The translations under genes and the position numbers were made by a program. A stretch of DNA of 64,000 nt from Minisyncoccota bacterium (GTDB lineage: Bacteria; Patescibacteriota; Minisyncoccia; UBA6257; 2-01-FULL-56-20): the NCBI GenBank assembly GCA_041664245.1, contig JBAYLC010000001.1, positions 86,654 through 150,653 of the forward strand, read 5' to 3'. This document shows, one piece after another, positions 36,609-45,239 of this stretch. Below the pieces are notes generated by a model. That model saw nothing but the letters and a program-made list of their open reading frames with translations. It had not been told where the DNA came from and searched no databases. Every line of letters starts with the position of its first letter. The first letter of the stretch is position 1.

Positions 36609-37241
36609 TTATTTGGAGCTTTTTTTGTTTTTAAAATATTCAATTATTCTCTCCCTAGTTTTCTTGTCTTTTAACACTCTTAAAATAACGGGCCCGCCGG
36701 TAAAAATAATTATTCCCGCAACAATCAAGAGAATGTAGTTATCGGCATTAGGTAATACTTCCCCTAAGAAATATCCAACCAGAGTTAATCCCGTCGCCCA
36801 CAAAGCTCCGCCCAAAATATTGTAAGTTACAAAACTAGGATAATGCATTTTCCCGACGCCGGCCAAAACCGGTGCTAGAGTTCTTATGAACGGCAAAAAC
36901 CTCGCCAAGATTATAGTTTTCCCGCCGTGTTTTTCGTAAAACTTTTTTGCTCGTTCTATATTGTCCTTATGTAAAAAAAATGAATCCTCGCTTTTAAAAA
37001 TAGACGGCCCAAATTTTTTTCCCAAAGAGTAACCAATACTATCTCCCGCCACCGCCCCCAAAAATATAATAACAATTGCCGGCACTATGTTTAGATATCC
37101 TTGTGAAGATAAAAAACCAACCGTAAAGATTAAACTATCTCCCGGCAAAAAAAAGCCGATAAGAACTCCCGATTCGGCAAAAACGATTAGAAAAACACCT
37201 AAATACCCTATCGCTTTTACTAATAAAACTAAGTCAAACAT
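36609..37241 (-). CDS. DedA-family membrane protein
   Basis: FAESGVLIGFFLPGDSL and a later G..R motif, typical of DedA / SNARE-associated proteins. Confidence 0.8.
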   Translation of the reverse strand: MFDLVLLVKAIGYLGVFLIVFAESGVLIGFFLPGDSLIFTVGFLSSQGYLNIVPAIVIIFLGAVAGDSIGYSLGKKFGPSIFKSEDSFFLHKDNIERAKKFYEKHGGKTIILARFLPFIRTLAPVLAGVGKMHYPSFVTYNILGGALWATGLTLVGYFLGEVLPNADNYILLIVAGIIIFTGGPVILRVLKDKKTRERIIEYFKNKKSSK

Positions 37242-37245
37242 TTTG

Positions 37246-37316
37246 TCGGGCTGCCGGGAGTCGAACCCGGTCTACACCCACCCCAAGGGTGCGTACTGCC
37301 GCTATACTACAGCCCG
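37246..37316 (-). tRNA. tRNA-Pro (anticodon GGG)
   Basis: The reverse-complement folds into a cloverleaf with U8, anticodon loop TTGGGGT with G37, and T loop GGTTCGACTCC. CCA is not encoded. Confidence 0.75.
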
Positions 37317-37381
37317 TTAGAAATTATCTACCTTACGCCTAAATATATTAGCTTAATTTAGTCCCATATCAAAAAACCGCC

Positions 37382-37570
37382 TCACTTGGCGGTTTTTTGT
37401 TGAGTCCTCATACATCTCGTACACGCCAAAACCCGTTTCCCGTCAGGTGTTTTGGTAATCTGAAGATTAGGATATTTTCTTGAATAATTAGTGGGATTAT
37501 AATGCCCCCGAAGCAATTTTCTGGTTCCTTGCATCGTTGAGCCCCGCCCACATATCTTACATTGTCGCAT
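37382..37570 (-). CDS. rpmB: 50S ribosomal protein L28
   Basis: C.ICGRG...G.......R...PNLQ......G.R...C..C pattern. A terminator hairpin overlaps the 3' end. Confidence 0.65.
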   Translation of the reverse strand: MRQCKICGRGSTMQGTRKLLRGHYNPTNYSRKYPNLQITKTPDGKRVLACTRCMRTQQKTAK

Positions 37571-37594
37571 GCCGCTAATAATAACCTATAGACT

Positions 37595-37876
37595 CTAAAA
37601 AATCAAATTAAAGCCGACTCTTTTAAGTCGGCCCTCAATTCTTGGCACAAAAGAACGAGTTGAGCCAAATTCGATATCCCAAATCCAGCTTGGTATTCTC
37701 CTGTCGATTTCAGCTTGCTGTCTACTGCGTTCGACATCCAATTTTAACTGCCCAAGAGCTTCGTCGCTCATCGGCCCAGTCACTCCGGTAAAAATCGGTT
37801 TTGTAGCCAGAGTATCATCGGTGACTTGATCGTGGCCTTCCATAATTCCTCCTCTTATCGTTGAAAATCTAAACAA
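37595..37876 (-). CDS. hypothetical protein
   Basis: ORF only. Confidence 0.35.
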   Translation of the reverse strand: MFRFSTIRGGIMEGHDQVTDDTLATKPIFTGVTGPMSDEALGQLKLDVERSRQQAEIDRRIPSWIWDIEFGSTRSFVPRIEGRLKRVGFNLIF

Positions 37877-37950
37877 CTAATTCAATAATATAAAACAACC
37901 TAAACAATTACAACATTACGATACTTCGATTCTTGTCCCCTCAAAATATC

Positions 37951-38415
37951 CTAGGAGCTAACCTTCAACTTCTTCGCTTTCTTGCGATTCAATTTTTGCA
38001 AGTGAACCGTTAAAATTCCGTTTTTAAAATCCGCCCACGATTCCTCCGGATCAATTTCTTGGGGTAAAATCACCGAACGGGCAAATCTCCCCCAGTAGCA
38101 CTCTTGATAGAAATAGTCCTCATCCTTCACTTCTTTTTTTCGCCGCCGATGGCCTTTTATCGAAACTGAATCGGTTGTGATATTAATATCCAAGTCATCC
38201 GGTTCCACCCCTGCTACTGCGGATTCAATCACAATCTCGGTCGGTGTCTGGTAAACGTCAACTGTTAATTGCCCCTCCGGTTCATCCTCAAATCCATCTC
38301 CCTCGTTTTTCCGAACATTTATCTTCGAGCGGCTCAGAACACCGCTCTCCGATTTCGCGAGCTCAACTTCTGGGGTTTGTCCGTTTTCTTCAAAAAAATC
38401 TTCCTCTTTACTCAT
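37951..38415 (-). CDS. small heat shock protein, Hsp20/alpha-crystallin family
   Basis: Alpha-crystallin domain with a C-terminal GILTVHLQK motif. Confidence 0.8.
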   Translation of the reverse strand: MSKEEDFFEENGQTPEVELAKSESGVLSRSKINVRKNEGDGFEDEPEGQLTVDVYQTPTEIVIESAVAGVEPDDLDINITTDSVSIKGHRRRKKEVKDEDYFYQECYWGRFARSVILPQEIDPEESWADFKNGILTVHLQKLNRKKAKKLKVSS

Positions 38416-38514
38416 GCTTTTATTCTACATTTTTTAATATTTCCTCGCAAACTCCGATATTCACATTATTTTTTCTTTAATTCCAGCACCGTCTATTGGT
38501 GGCAGGCGCTATTT

Positions 38515-39207
38515 TTAAACTTGTCGCCTCCTAAGCTTTTCAAAATCCCCAACAATTAATAATCCAATAATAAGTAGAAACGGAACTGTGTAAATTAGTC
38601 CGTCGTTATGTCCACTACCAAGGACGATAAGGTAATTAAAAATTCCATGAATCAAAGTTGCCAGTAAAACTCCTAAAATAAGGAATTCTTTTTTATTAAA
38701 TTCTCTAATGCTTATTGCCCAGTAAAAACCTAAAATTCCTGAAGCCAAAGTATGGAGCAATGTTGCGCCCACAAATCGTAAGGAAATTGCGCTGAACAAA
38801 TTTACGAATGGAACCGCTCCAGCCTTACTCAAAATACTGCTTATAACCGCGATATTCTCAAGTGTCGCAAATCCAAGCGCCGCCACAACTATGTAAATCA
38901 TCGTATCTACCGGCTCGTCAAAAAATCGGCTTTTTTTTACGATAAAATAAACCGCTCCAAATTTGCAGATTTCCTCTACGAAAGCAAAAGCTAAAAGCCC
39001 TCCGATTGAATAGCGTTCTAATAAATTTGACTGGAAAATTTTATCAATATTAACTTGAGCAAAAAGAGCTAAAACAGCAGAAAACGCCCCCGCCAAAAAA
39101 ACAAAGAATATTATTTTTTTTGGTTCTGGGTGTAAATCTTCTTTAAGATAAAAAATCAACCACGCAAAACCAGGGATGAGTCCTAAAGCAATCGCAAGAG
39201 TGATCAT
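38515..39207 (-). CDS. PrsW-family intramembrane metalloprotease
   Basis: EEICKF (EExxK), LHTLASG (FxxxH-like) and HGIFN (HxxxN) motifs in a polytopic membrane protein. Confidence 0.7.
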   Translation of the reverse strand: MITLAIALGLIPGFAWLIFYLKEDLHPEPKKIIFFVFLAGAFSAVLALFAQVNIDKIFQSNLLERYSIGGLLAFAFVEEICKFGAVYFIVKKSRFFDEPVDTMIYIVVAALGFATLENIAVISSILSKAGAVPFVNLFSAISLRFVGATLLHTLASGILGFYWAISIREFNKKEFLILGVLLATLIHGIFNYLIVLGSGHNDGLIYTVPFLLIIGLLIVGDFEKLRRRQV

Positions 39208-39258
39208 TTATCTAAACAATTATAACATTTAAAACATTCGGAACATTTTCAACTGTAT

Positions 39259-41655
39259 TTACCATTTTTCCACCATCAAAATTTTCTTCGGCTCAAACTT
39301 CCGGTAAATCTCTTCCGTCACGTAAGGCATAAACGGGTGAAGCATTTTTAGGCTTTCTTTAAGAATTATCTCAAGCGCGCCATAAGCCGCTAAAGCGTCT
39401 TTTTTATCTTCACCACCAAGCCGTGGTTTAGCCTCCTCGATTAATTTATCGGCAAAAGTGTGCCAGAAGTAGTGGTAGGCCTTTCCCGCCGCCAAATGAA
39501 ATTCAAATTTTTCAATATGTTTTCCAACTTGCGATTTTATTTTCAATACCGCCGCAATATTTTTTTTATCTTTTGATGTTAGTGCTATTTTCGGCGGGGG
39601 ATTTAGAGTTTCCCGATTCATCAAAACAAACCGAGAAGCGTTCCAAATTTTAGTGGCAAAGTTTCGATAACCGCGAATTTTATCTTCGGAAATTACAATA
39701 TCGTTTCCCGGCGTGTTGCCCACCGTAAGCGCCATTCTCACGGCGTCCGTTCCATAAGTCTCTGCCACTCCCAAGGGATCAATTACATTGCCTTTTGATT
39801 TAGACATTTTTTGCCGGTCTTTGTCTCTCACTAAACCGTGCAAATAAACATCTTTAAACGGCACCTTGCCCGTTCGGTATAATCCCAACATCACCATTCT
39901 CGCCACCCAGAAAAAGAGAATATCGTAGCCAGTCTCCATCACATCCGTCGGATAGAAAGTTTTAAAGTCATCCTTATGTTTCGGATTTCGAGTTTCGGAT
40001 TTCGAGCTTCCACTTTTCTCGTCCGAGGCTAGCAAAGTGGCGAACGGCCACTGCCCCGACGAAAACCAAGTGTCAAAAACATCTTGATCTTGTACCCATC
40101 CGTAAGATTCAGGAGGCGTCTTGCCAATAAAAATCTTGCCTGGAGTATTTAGTCTATTAATTTTATTATTTTGGATCCACGCTTCGTCAATCCAATTATT
40201 ATCTTTTAGTGTTTGTATTGATTTCAAGTCAAGCTGAATTATTCCATCTTTATTTGGTCCCGCCCATCTAATTTTAAATTTATCAAACTCCCAACTTAAT
40301 TCTTCCGGCTTAATGTCCACTTTTTCACAAAAAGATTTAAGATAAAAATGTTGGGCCTCAAATTCTGTTCCTATTTCTGTTTTAAACCACGCCGGGATCC
40401 TTATGCCCCAAACAATTTGGCGAGATATGTTCCAATCGCGGATATTTCTCAGCCAATGGAGATAAACTTTTTCTAAATTTTTCGGATGAATTTTTATTTT
40501 CTTCTCCGTTACCGCTTTGATGGCTTTTTCGGCGAGTGGCTTGGTTTTCACAAACCATTGCGGGCGGGGGAGCGGCTCAAGCGTGTTCCCGCACTTGTAG
40601 CACGTCGCGATCTGGTGTTTATAATCTAATTCAGTTTTTTCTAAGATGCCGATTTTTCTCATCGCTTCTGCTACTTTCTCCCGTGCTTCCGCTACTTTTA
40701 GTCCCGCAAATTCTCCGGCTTCGCTGGTTAATCGCCCCGTCTCATCAATCACAATTTTCGGTCCGGGAATTTCGTTTTTGTGCCTTTGCCAAATTTCGTA
40801 GTCAGTCGAATCGTGAGCCGGTGTAATTTTTACCACGCCGGTGCCGAACTTCGGATCTACCGCTTCGTCACCAACTACTTTAAATTTAAGCGGCCCCAAT
40901 AAACCAACGGCTTCTATTTCTTTTCCAATATATTTTTTATATCGTGCGTCTTTCGGGTTTACCGCCAATCCGGTGTCGCCAAACTTCGTTTCTGGTCTAA
41001 CGGTGGCGAGCGTCAGCGGCCCGTATTTTATGAAATAAAGCGGATCTTCTTTCTCTATATATTTAACTTCTAAATCCGAAAGCGCTGTCCGGTGTTTTGG
41101 GCACCAGTTAACAATTTTCAAATCGCGATAAACCAGTCCATCTTTATAAAGTTTCTCAAAAGTTTCATAAACAACTTCAATGATTTTCGGATCCAACGTA
41201 AAAGTTTCTCGCGACCAATCGCAAGACGCGCCAAGTTTTTTTGTCTGGGCGTACATCAACTTTTTATTCTCCTGCGTAAAGTCCCAAATTTCCCGCCAGA
41301 GTTCCTCGCGGGGGATTGAAAACCTATTCCGTCCCTCTTTATCCAATTTTTTGTCATAAACCACTTGAGTTTCAAACCCGGCGTGGTCGGCTCCGGGAAG
41401 CCACAAAGTTTTTCGGCCCTTCATCCGCCAAAAGCGAATTAAAATATCCTGAAGCGTTAACCCCACCGCGTGGCCGATATGAAGCGAACCGTTAGAATTA
41501 TTCGGCGGCATCATCACCGTGAAGGTTTTAGGTTTTAAGTTTTTGGTTTTAGATAGTGGTAAATTGTCGGGATTGAAATATCCCGACTTTTCCCAAAGTT
41601 CATAGATTTTCTCCTCTACTTTGTTGTGGTTATACCGCGGTTCTAAATTATCCAT
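39259..41655 (-). CDS. valS: valine--tRNA ligase
   Basis: HIGH-type motif (PPNNSNGSLHIGHA), PGADHAGFETQ (ValRS-typical) and KMSKSKGN. Confidence 0.85.
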   Translation of the reverse strand: MDNLEPRYNHNKVEEKIYELWEKSGYFNPDNLPLSKTKNLKPKTFTVMMPPNNSNGSLHIGHAVGLTLQDILIRFWRMKGRKTLWLPGADHAGFETQVVYDKKLDKEGRNRFSIPREELWREIWDFTQENKKLMYAQTKKLGASCDWSRETFTLDPKIIEVVYETFEKLYKDGLVYRDLKIVNWCPKHRTALSDLEVKYIEKEDPLYFIKYGPLTLATVRPETKFGDTGLAVNPKDARYKKYIGKEIEAVGLLGPLKFKVVGDEAVDPKFGTGVVKITPAHDSTDYEIWQRHKNEIPGPKIVIDETGRLTSEAGEFAGLKVAEAREKVAEAMRKIGILEKTELDYKHQIATCYKCGNTLEPLPRPQWFVKTKPLAEKAIKAVTEKKIKIHPKNLEKVYLHWLRNIRDWNISRQIVWGIRIPAWFKTEIGTEFEAQHFYLKSFCEKVDIKPEELSWEFDKFKIRWAGPNKDGIIQLDLKSIQTLKDNNWIDEAWIQNNKINRLNTPGKIFIGKTPPESYGWVQDQDVFDTWFSSGQWPFATLLASDEKSGSSKSETRNPKHKDDFKTFYPTDVMETGYDILFFWVARMVMLGLYRTGKVPFKDVYLHGLVRDKDRQKMSKSKGNVIDPLGVAETYGTDAVRMALTVGNTPGNDIVISEDKIRGYRNFATKIWNASRFVLMNRETLNPPPKIALTSKDKKNIAAVLKIKSQVGKHIEKFEFHLAAGKAYHYFWHTFADKLIEEAKPRLGGEDKKDALAAYGALEIILKESLKMLHPFMPYVTEEIYRKFEPKKILMVEKW

Positions 41656-41699
41656 TTAAGTTGATTCTATTAGATTTTCCGGCTTTTTCCAATTGGAAG

Positions 41700-41719
41700 A
41701 AAAAAAAGACCCCAGGGTC
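41700..41719 (-). terminator. Rho-independent terminator (minus strand) between tsaD and valS
   Basis: GACCC-cag-GGGTC palindrome with T8 on the minus strand. Confidence 0.6.
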
Positions 41720-41835
41720 TCGGCAAGAGGTGTAAAAAAGAGGGCCTTTTTACGTGGAGTAGCATTCCAGCCTCTCGCTATCCTAGAGTCCTCCGCAGGC
41801 TATAGTATTTTTGCTCAAATATCAAGTTTCTATTT

Positions 41836-42900
41836 CTAAATCCCAAGATTTCCGTCTGCCTTCAGTGGGTATTTTTTCTTTCGCAAAAAATCCATATATC
41901 CCGCTGCCGCAATCATCACGGCGTTGTCAGTATTATGTTTTTTATCCGCCGCTAAAAAATTTATTTCTTCGGCTCGGGTTGCCTTCTCTAGATTTTTTCG
42001 GAGTGCCTGATTTGTTGCTACTCCACCTGAAAGCAAAACGGATTTTGCTTTAAATTCTTTTGCCGCCCGCATTGTTTTTTTTACTAAAACATCAATAGCC
42101 GCTTGTTGAAAACTAGCCGCCACGTCAGCAATATTTTTATTCGTATTATTAGTATCATTCGAATGCATTCGTATATTGGTATCACGTAAATAATAAAGCA
42201 CCGAAGTCTTAAGTCCTGAAAAACTGAAATCATAATTTTTTTCGTAAATCATCGGTCGGGGAAAATTAACCGCCGCTGGGTTTCCCTTTTTGGAAAGTTT
42301 TTCAATCTCCGGTCCGCCGGGGTAGGGAAGTTTAAGCAATCTTGCCACCTTATCAAATGCTTCACCAACGGCATCATCTCTTGTTTCGCCTAATTTTTTC
42401 CAGGTTTTTAAATCTTTTAATAAAAGCAAAATAGTGTGCCCGCCGCTTACAATCAGCGCCACCGCGGGGAAATTTTTTTTGATGCTTGATACCTGGCACT
42501 TTATGTTTGTTTTCTTCGGAAGAAGAAAACTATAAAGATGTCCTTCTAAATGACTTACTCCCAAAAGCGGTTTTTTATATTGCTTTGCCAGTTCTTTAGC
42601 GAACGTAATTCCCGTCCAAAGTGCCGGCTCCAATCCTGGTCCAACTGTCACTGCGATCAAATCAATATTCTGGCACTTAATACCTGACATCTGACACTTT
42701 TTAAAAAGAATTGGAAGATTCTTGATGTGTTCCCTCTTCGCTAAGTTTGGCACTACTCCTCCAAATGGCCGGTGAATTTTAATTTGAGAAGCCACAAAAC
42801 TTTTCAAAATTTTAAATTTTGGTGCCATCAAACCGCCACTCGCTTCCACTAGTGCTATTGCAGTTTCATCGCAACTCGTCTCAATTCCTAGAATAATCAT
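41836..42900 (-). CDS. tsaD: tRNA N6-adenosine threonylcarbamoyltransferase
   Basis: MIILGIETSCDETAIALVE start and the Kae1/TsaD family architecture. Confidence 0.85.
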   Translation of the reverse strand: MIILGIETSCDETAIALVEASGGLMAPKFKILKSFVASQIKIHRPFGGVVPNLAKREHIKNLPILFKKCQMSGIKCQNIDLIAVTVGPGLEPALWTGITFAKELAKQYKKPLLGVSHLEGHLYSFLLPKKTNIKCQVSSIKKNFPAVALIVSGGHTILLLLKDLKTWKKLGETRDDAVGEAFDKVARLLKLPYPGGPEIEKLSKKGNPAAVNFPRPMIYEKNYDFSFSGLKTSVLYYLRDTNIRMHSNDTNNTNKNIADVAASFQQAAIDVLVKKTMRAAKEFKAKSVLLSGGVATNQALRKNLEKATRAEEINFLAADKKHNTDNAVMIAAAGYMDFLRKKKYPLKADGNLGI

Positions 42901-42919
42901 ATTAAGAAAAAATCTAACT

Positions 42920-42994
42920 TGGTAGCCCTAAGGGGAATCGAACCCCTATTTACGCCGTGAAAGGGCGCCGTCCTAGCCATTAGACGATAGGGCC
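42920..42994 (-). tRNA. tRNA-Glu (anticodon UUC), CCA encoded
   Basis: The reverse-complement gives GGCCCTATCGTCTAATGGCTAGGACGGCGCCCTTTCACGGCG...GGTTCGATTCCCCTTAGGGCTACCA. Confidence 0.75.
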
Positions 42995-43129
42995 AACTTC
43001 TAGTTACTAAAAATAAAATTTTAGCACCCAAAAGTCAACTTACCCTCATTATTTAAAATAGAAATACGAGTTCAACTTATCAACACCTCTTTTTAAAATT
43101 ATTTCGCTATAATAATCAAAGAAAGACAA

Positions 43130-44218
43130 ATGAGAAAATTTCGCCATTTTTTCGTGCATTTTAAAAAAAACCAAAGTGACAGTCGGTCCGGCTTCACTCT
43201 TCTTGAACTAATAATTTTCTCCGCTATTTTTGCGATTGTTGCGGTTAGTTTTACCGCCATTTTGATTTCAATAACCGGCGTTAGTATTCGCCAAACTGGC
43301 TCATCGGCTGTTAATCAAGAAAGCCAGTTTGTGATGCAAACTATCCAACGCTACATTCAAGAGTCAAGTTTAATTGATATCAAGCTGCCCTCAGTGCAAA
43401 CAAGCAACCCAACTTCAACATCCTTCACAAGTTTATCACTCACCACTACTACTCTCCAGCTAGTCATGCCCACCAGCACCACCGACGGCGGTGATGGAAC
43501 AACTAGTACTGTAAAAATATACGCCTCATTAGATGGAGTAGTATATCTTGAAGGTCGTTCTGCGACTCCTGAAAAACTAACCACCAACAATGTTAGAGTC
43601 GATAAATTAGAATTTACAAAACGTTCTAATCCGCCAAGCGGCCACGACATCGTGGATGTGGCTCTCACTATTTCCTATAATACCCCCGATATTACAAAAA
43701 AATTCTCCCAGTTTCTTCAGACTTCAATTTCACGGGCCAATGCAGCATCGTTCGACGACAATCTAGTGCCTATCTCTAGTGGCGTAAGTGCTTATAGCGT
43801 CGGTCTCCCCGGCAACAGATGGAATTCTATTAACGGCATAATAAATTTTGACGAGAGTGATCGTATTGGTATTGGTATCAGTTCTCCGCCTGTCCCTGGC
43901 TATCAACTCTACGTCAATAACGGCAATCTAGGCGTCAAAGGAACAGCCGCCGGTTCCTCAACTTTTCAGGGTAACCTTACTCTCGTTCCAGCTGGCGGCC
44001 AAACAACCTCCTCATTTAAAATAAATCCAGGAATTATGTCGCTTAGAGGAATTATGTCGATTTCAAGTAGTAGTTTCACTGATGGAGTTTCATGCAACGA
44101 TCAAACAAACGCCGGATACATAAAATACGATGAAGCTTCAAAAAAACTCCAGGTCTGTATATTTAACGGCGGTTGGAGTTGGCAGTATATAATGGCCACT
44201 ACCACTCCTAATTTTTAA
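43130..44218 (+). CDS. type IV pilin-like protein (class III prepilin signal), large (362 aa)
   Basis: A leader ending ...SDSRSG, then FTLLELIIFSAIFAIVAV, the hallmark G|F-T-L-x-E prepilin peptidase site with a hydrophobic helix. Confidence 0.75.
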   Translation: MRKFRHFFVHFKKNQSDSRSGFTLLELIIFSAIFAIVAVSFTAILISITGVSIRQTGSSAVNQESQFVMQTIQRYIQESSLIDIKLPSVQTSNPTSTSFTSLSLTTTTLQLVMPTSTTDGGDGTTSTVKIYASLDGVVYLEGRSATPEKLTTNNVRVDKLEFTKRSNPPSGHDIVDVALTISYNTPDITKKFSQFLQTSISRANAASFDDNLVPISSGVSAYSVGLPGNRWNSINGIINFDESDRIGIGISSPPVPGYQLYVNNGNLGVKGTAAGSSTFQGNLTLVPAGGQTTSSFKINPGIMSLRGIMSISSSSFTDGVSCNDQTNAGYIKYDEASKKLQVCIFNGGWSWQYIMATTTPNF

Positions 44219-44256
44219 AATCACTTTTATTTTGTGCTATAATTAAAAATAAAAAA

Positions 44257-44814
44257 ATGAATAACAGCAAAAAAACAATTATCAGCTTAGTGGTAATTCT
44301 TATCGTTATAATTCTAGTAGCGGTTGGAATAATTTTAGGCGGTAGTAATTCCGCTAAAAATCCAACTTCTGATAACAACCCGGTTTTAAACAGCAACGCC
44401 AGTAATTCTCAAGATATTTCTAATCTTCCCCCGATTGGATCTGTTCCGATCGGCACCTCTGTTCCTAATAAAGATTCAAATACGCCAAGCAATGTCGCAA
44501 AGCCGGATTCCGTTTTGCCCGCTGCGCCAGGTTCTGATTCTAGCTATCGTAATTTCGAAATTAAAGCTCAAGGCGATAAGTTTTCTCCCGATACCATTAT
44601 CGTCAACAGAAATGATGTTATTACAATAAAAATCTCAGCGGTTGATAAAAATTATGATTTCACTCAATCTGACTATGGTTTAAAAATTAACATCCCAAAG
44701 GGCGAAATAAAAGACATTCCTTTTCAAGCCTCCGCCTCTGGCAAGTTCACTTTTTTTTGTAGTTCCTGCGGTGGTCCGAAAAAGGGTCCGATCGGTTATC
44801 TAATTATTAAATAA
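44257..44814 (+). CDS. hypothetical membrane-anchored extracytoplasmic protein (possible cupredoxin-like fold)
   Basis: N-terminal TM anchor, a low-complexity Ser/Asn/Pro linker, and a C-terminal FTFFCSSCGG motif. Confidence 0.4.
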   Translation: MNNSKKTIISLVVILIVIILVAVGIILGGSNSAKNPTSDNNPVLNSNASNSQDISNLPPIGSVPIGTSVPNKDSNTPSNVAKPDSVLPAAPGSDSSYRNFEIKAQGDKFSPDTIIVNRNDVITIKISAVDKNYDFTQSDYGLKINIPKGEIKDIPFQASASGKFTFFCSSCGGPKKGPIGYLIIK

Positions 44815-44819
44815 AAATC

Positions 44820-45236
44820 ATGAACAAAAAAATTATTATTATCTTAATTATTTTAGTTATCGTTTTAATCGCCTTAACAGTTTGGCTCGTTTTGAAATTA
44901 GGAAACTCAGACACTGCAAAAAACGCAAGCAATACGTCCGATCTTTCTTTCGTAACTTTAACAAACGGAGAAACTTATTTCGGCAAGCTTTCTTTTTTCC
45001 CATCCCCAAGACTCACCAATGTTTTTTTCCTTCAACGCACTGCTGACGCTAAAAATAATCCTCAAATCTCACTCCAAGCATTCAAAGACACTCTCTGGGG
45101 GCCGGTTGATGAGCTTAATCTAAATCCTAAAGAAATAATTTCTTGGGCTAAGCTAAGAAGCGATAGCCAAGTTGTTCAAACTATTACCAGCCAGTTTAAC
45201 CAACCCAAACCGGCGCCAGTATCTCAACCGCAATAA
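44820..45236 (+). CDS. hypothetical membrane-anchored protein
   Basis: N-terminal TM helix. ORF only. Confidence 0.4.
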   Translation: MNKKIIIILIILVIVLIALTVWLVLKLGNSDTAKNASNTSDLSFVTLTNGETYFGKLSFFPSPRLTNVFFLQRTADAKNNPQISLQAFKDTLWGPVDELNLNPKEIISWAKLRSDSQVVQTITSQFNQPKPAPVSQPQ

Positions 45237-45239
45237 CTC

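Noticed and set aside
41656-41835. Possible T-box leader upstream of valS
   Set aside because: No T-box consensus (AATTAGGGTGGNACCGCG) or specifier-loop architecture was found, only a tsaD terminator and a short promoter region.
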